A stretch of DNA of 30,280 nt from Promethearchaeota archaeon. Its GTDB lineage: Archaea; Asgardarchaeota; Lokiarchaeia; Sigyniarchaeales; SOKP01. Shown piece by piece: positions 27,941 through 30,280 of the stretch; within the stretch, counting starts at the first letter, position 1, and every line of letters begins with the position of its first letter. The notes beneath the pieces were generated by a model. It made no database searches, was not told the DNA's origin, and saw nothing but the letters and a program-made list of their open reading frames with translations. Location of the stretch: positions 1 through 30,280 of the forward strand of contig JAEOTS010000041.1 of NCBI GenBank assembly GCA_016839745.1. The letters are read 5' to 3'. The translations under genes were made by a program, and so were the position numbers.

Positions 27941-28078
27941 ATGAAAAAAAAATGCGTGAAATGCGGAATGATACGTTCGAATAAAGATATCGTAAATTTA
28001 GAAAGTCGAGGTTACATCTGCTTCTCTTGTTGGAATAAACAGTTAAAAAGAACAACAATTCAAGATAAAACTCGTTAG
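27941..28078 (+). CDS. Small zinc-finger protein (45 aa), not in the ORF track
   Basis: Translates as MKKKCVKCGMIRSNKDIVNLESRGYICFSCWNKQLKRTTIQDKTR, a CxxC-x18-CxxC pattern. An alternative in-frame ATG lies at 27920. Confidence 0.6.
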   Translation: MKKKCVKCGMIRSNKDIVNLESRGYICFSCWNKQLKRTTIQDKTR

Positions 28079-28110
28079 CTTAATAAAAAGAAATTAATAA
28101 CACTAAAGTG

Positions 28111-28338
28111 TTAATAAGAGAGTAAATATGTATATTTAGTAAGGTCAAATTTTTTGAGTTTAATATCATCCTGAGTTTCTGACCCTTGAGGTATTAGTGG
28201 CATTTTAATTACCCAGTCGTAATCTTCTAAATATATATTATTATAAAAGACATTCTTGTACTTACACCAATCTAAAAACATACTTAATGATATACTCTCA
28301 CTTTTAAGAGATGGGACAACCGACATTAAAAACCTCAT
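28111..28338 (-). CDS. Small hypothetical protein
   Basis: 75-aa ORF filling an otherwise empty gap. No recognisable motif; may start at ATG 28326. Confidence 0.4.
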   Translation of the reverse strand: MRFLMSVVPSLKSESISLSMFLDWCKYKNVFYNNIYLEDYDWVIKMPLIPQGSETQDDIKLKKFDLTKYTYLLSY

Positions 28339-28604
28339 TATTTTTATGATTAATTGAATAACCCTACACAGTGGAACTTGTTTCGCCTAATTTGTATAAG
28401 ATAGACCTTAATCAGCTTTACTTGTTAAAGGGAATAGCGTAATTGGAAATACTTGATATTTACAGCAACCATTATAATATTAAAAATTGACATATTTATA
28501 TGTTTCGAAGTTTTGTTCAAAATAATAATTAATCAAAATATTAATATGACTTTCCATCTATTTATTAAAACAAACATTCGTTAAACGAGAATCTGATGTA
28601 ATAT

Positions 28605-30280
28605 ATGTGTTATGGATTTTTTGGAAAAGTATTATGGGTTGACTTAACAAACGATAGCTTTAGGGAGGAGGAAGTACCTGAAGAGATCTATAGTCAATTC
28701 ATGGGTGGATACGGTTTAGGGTGTAGATTAATATACGAAAGAATGTCCCCACACTTAAATCCCTTTAGTCCCGATTCAATAATTGGTTTTTTTCCCGGTT
28801 TACTAACGAGCACCGTAGCTCCTTATTCAGGCAGATATATGGTTGTAGGAAAGTCCCCACTTACAGGAACTTGGGGTGACGCCAATAGTGGTGGAATATT
28901 TGGACCTGCGATTAAAGCTTGTGGTTACGATGGAATTATGGTTGTAGGGAAATCTAAGAAACCAATGTATCTCTCTATTACTGAGGATACAATTAAAATT
29001 TTAGACGCTTCAGATATTTGGGGAAAAGATGTTATAGAAACCGAGAAAATTCTTAAAAAACGGCATGGTAACTCAATCAAAACCGCTGGAATTGGACAAG
29101 CTGGAGAAAAGTTATCAAAAATATCTGGAATCGTAAACGACAGGGGAAGAATTGCTGCTCGTTCCGGGTTAGGAGCGATTATGGGTTCAAAAAATTTCAA
29201 AACGGTAGTTCTTAATGGTAATATGAACGTTGAGATCTTTAATCGCGAAAAATTTTATGATTTGATAAAAGAGTATAATAAAGCAGCCAAGATTAAACCT
29301 TTAAAGTCGATGAAAAAGTCGTTTTTAAGTGAAATGTTTGGAATGGTAAAATCTATGCGTAGACTTAAGATTGGAATGATTGATGCGCCAAATCTTATGC
29401 GAACAATATATCGCAATTTTGGAACTAGTATTGGAAATACAATTAGTGCGGAGACTGGGGACTCTCCCATTAAAAATTGGTCTGGAATAGGTATGTACGA
29501 TTTCCCTTACAAAAAGTCAACCAATTTATCATCAATTAATATTACAGAGTATAAAGTAAAAGAATATGGGTGTTTTAGTTGTCCTGTTCAATGTGGAGCA
29601 CTACTAAATATTCCTGAATTAAATATTGAAGAAATGCATATTCCTGAATACGAAACTTGTTGTGCATTCGGTTCTCTTTTACTTAATAATGATTTACATT
29701 CAATTTTTCAGATCAACAACATGTGTAATCGTGCTGCGATTGATACAATATCTACTGGAGCTACCGTTGCTTATGCAATTGAGTGTTTTGAAAAAGGTAT
29801 TATAGGTATAGATGATACAAGTGGCTTAGAACTAACATGGGGTAATCCTAAGGCTATTTTGGCTTTAGTTAATAAAATAATACAAAGGGATGGTATTGGT
29901 GATTTGTTAGCTGACGGGGTAAAAATAGCAGCTGATAAAATTGGAAAAAAGAGCGATCAATACGCTATTCATTCATTAGGATCAGAAATTCCTATGCACG
30001 ATCCACGATACTTTAACTCTTCAGCTTTTTCTTATGCTTTTGATCCGACGCCAGGAAGGCATACTACGGCTAGTATCGATTATGCTGAAATTGGACCGTA
30101 CGATAAATTCGAAAAGAAGCTAAATCTCCCAAAAAAGCGAAAACAAAACGAAAACAATAAGGTTGAAGCGCAAGTTATTACTACAGGATTTCATCAAATA
30201 CTAAACTGTGCAGGGATGTGCATGTTCTCAACTTCTTTTGGGTCTTATCCTTTTATAGATCTTTTAAACTCTTTAACAGG
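28605..30280 (+). CDS. aor: Aldehyde:ferredoxin oxidoreductase (tungsten AOR family), 3'-truncated
   Basis: MCYGFFGKVLWVDLT...MGGYGLG...KSPLTGTWGDANSGG...GYDG...IGQAGE...AARSGLGAIMGSKN...CFSCPVQCG...PEYET...IDTISTG. Open to the window end. Confidence 0.93.
   Translation, partial: MCYGFFGKVLWVDLTNDSFREEEVPEEIYSQFMGGYGLGCRLIYERMSPHLNPFSPDSIIGFFPGLLTSTVAPYSGRYMVVGKSPLTGTWGDANSGGIFGPAIKACGYDGIMVVGKSKKPMYLSITEDTIKILDASDIWGKDVIETEKILKKRHGNSIKTAGIGQAGEKLSKISGIVNDRGRIAARSGLGAIMGSKNFKTVVLNGNMNVEIFNREKFYDLIKEYNKAAKIKPLKSMKKSFLSEMFGMVKSMRRLKIGMIDAPNLMRTIYRNFGTSIGNTISAETGDSPIKNWSGIGMYDFPYKKSTNLSSINITEYKVKEYGCFSCPVQCGALLNIPELNIEEMHIPEYETCCAFGSLLLNNDLHSIFQINNMCNRAAIDTISTGATVAYAIECFEKGIIGIDDTSGLELTWGNPKAILALVNKIIQRDGIGDLLADGVKIAADKIGKKSDQYAIHSLGSEIPMHDPRYFNSSAFSYAFDPTPGRHTTASIDYAEIGPYDKFEKKLNLPKKRKQNENNKVEAQVITTGFHQILNCAGMCMFSTSFGSYPFIDLLNSLT

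Noticed and set aside
2479-29470. Short ORFs lying inside longer genes (e.g. 2479-2721, 2755-2994, 8579-8821, 9047-9277, 14837-15124, 18356-18646, 20520-20774, 28925-29200, 29255-29470)
   Set aside because: They are antisense or alternate-frame shadows of genes with clear family motifs.
1-30280. tRNA/rRNA genes, transposases, integrases
   Set aside because: None were recognisable by eye; the window is almost fully occupied by protein-coding genes.

Overview
AT-rich, intron-less prokaryotic DNA, most likely from an Asgard archaeon (Lokiarchaeia/Promethearchaeota-like). The assignment rests on a Lokiactin-type actin, a profilin-like domain, TrmB regulators, BpsA, AOR and oligo-T terminators. 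The main finding is at 302-6776: the actin gene (3310-4455, -) is followed 49 bp downstream by a gene that appears to fuse an Asgard profilin-like domain to a TrmB winged-HTH and an uncharacterised C-terminal domain. A paralog lacking the profilin domain lies nearby, and TTGTCA-containing operator-like sites occur upstream of both that paralog and actin. This is a candidate actin-sensing transcriptional circuit (inference). The window also holds a repeat-rich putative surface glycoprotein divergent from actin, and a tightly coupled PadR operon encoding a BtrH-like protein, DUF3795, a methyltransferase, a class II UvrA, an asymmetric double-length UvrA and an alpha/alpha-barrel protein. Further along are an ArsR / small Cys-His peptide / ABC-2 exporter module, a multi-TM + EEP protein, a BpsA-SpeD fusion, a SLATT-like 2TM protein, a structured intergenic region, an RNase J-like beta-CASP protein and a partial AOR. 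All family calls come from motif recognition by eye; no searches were run.
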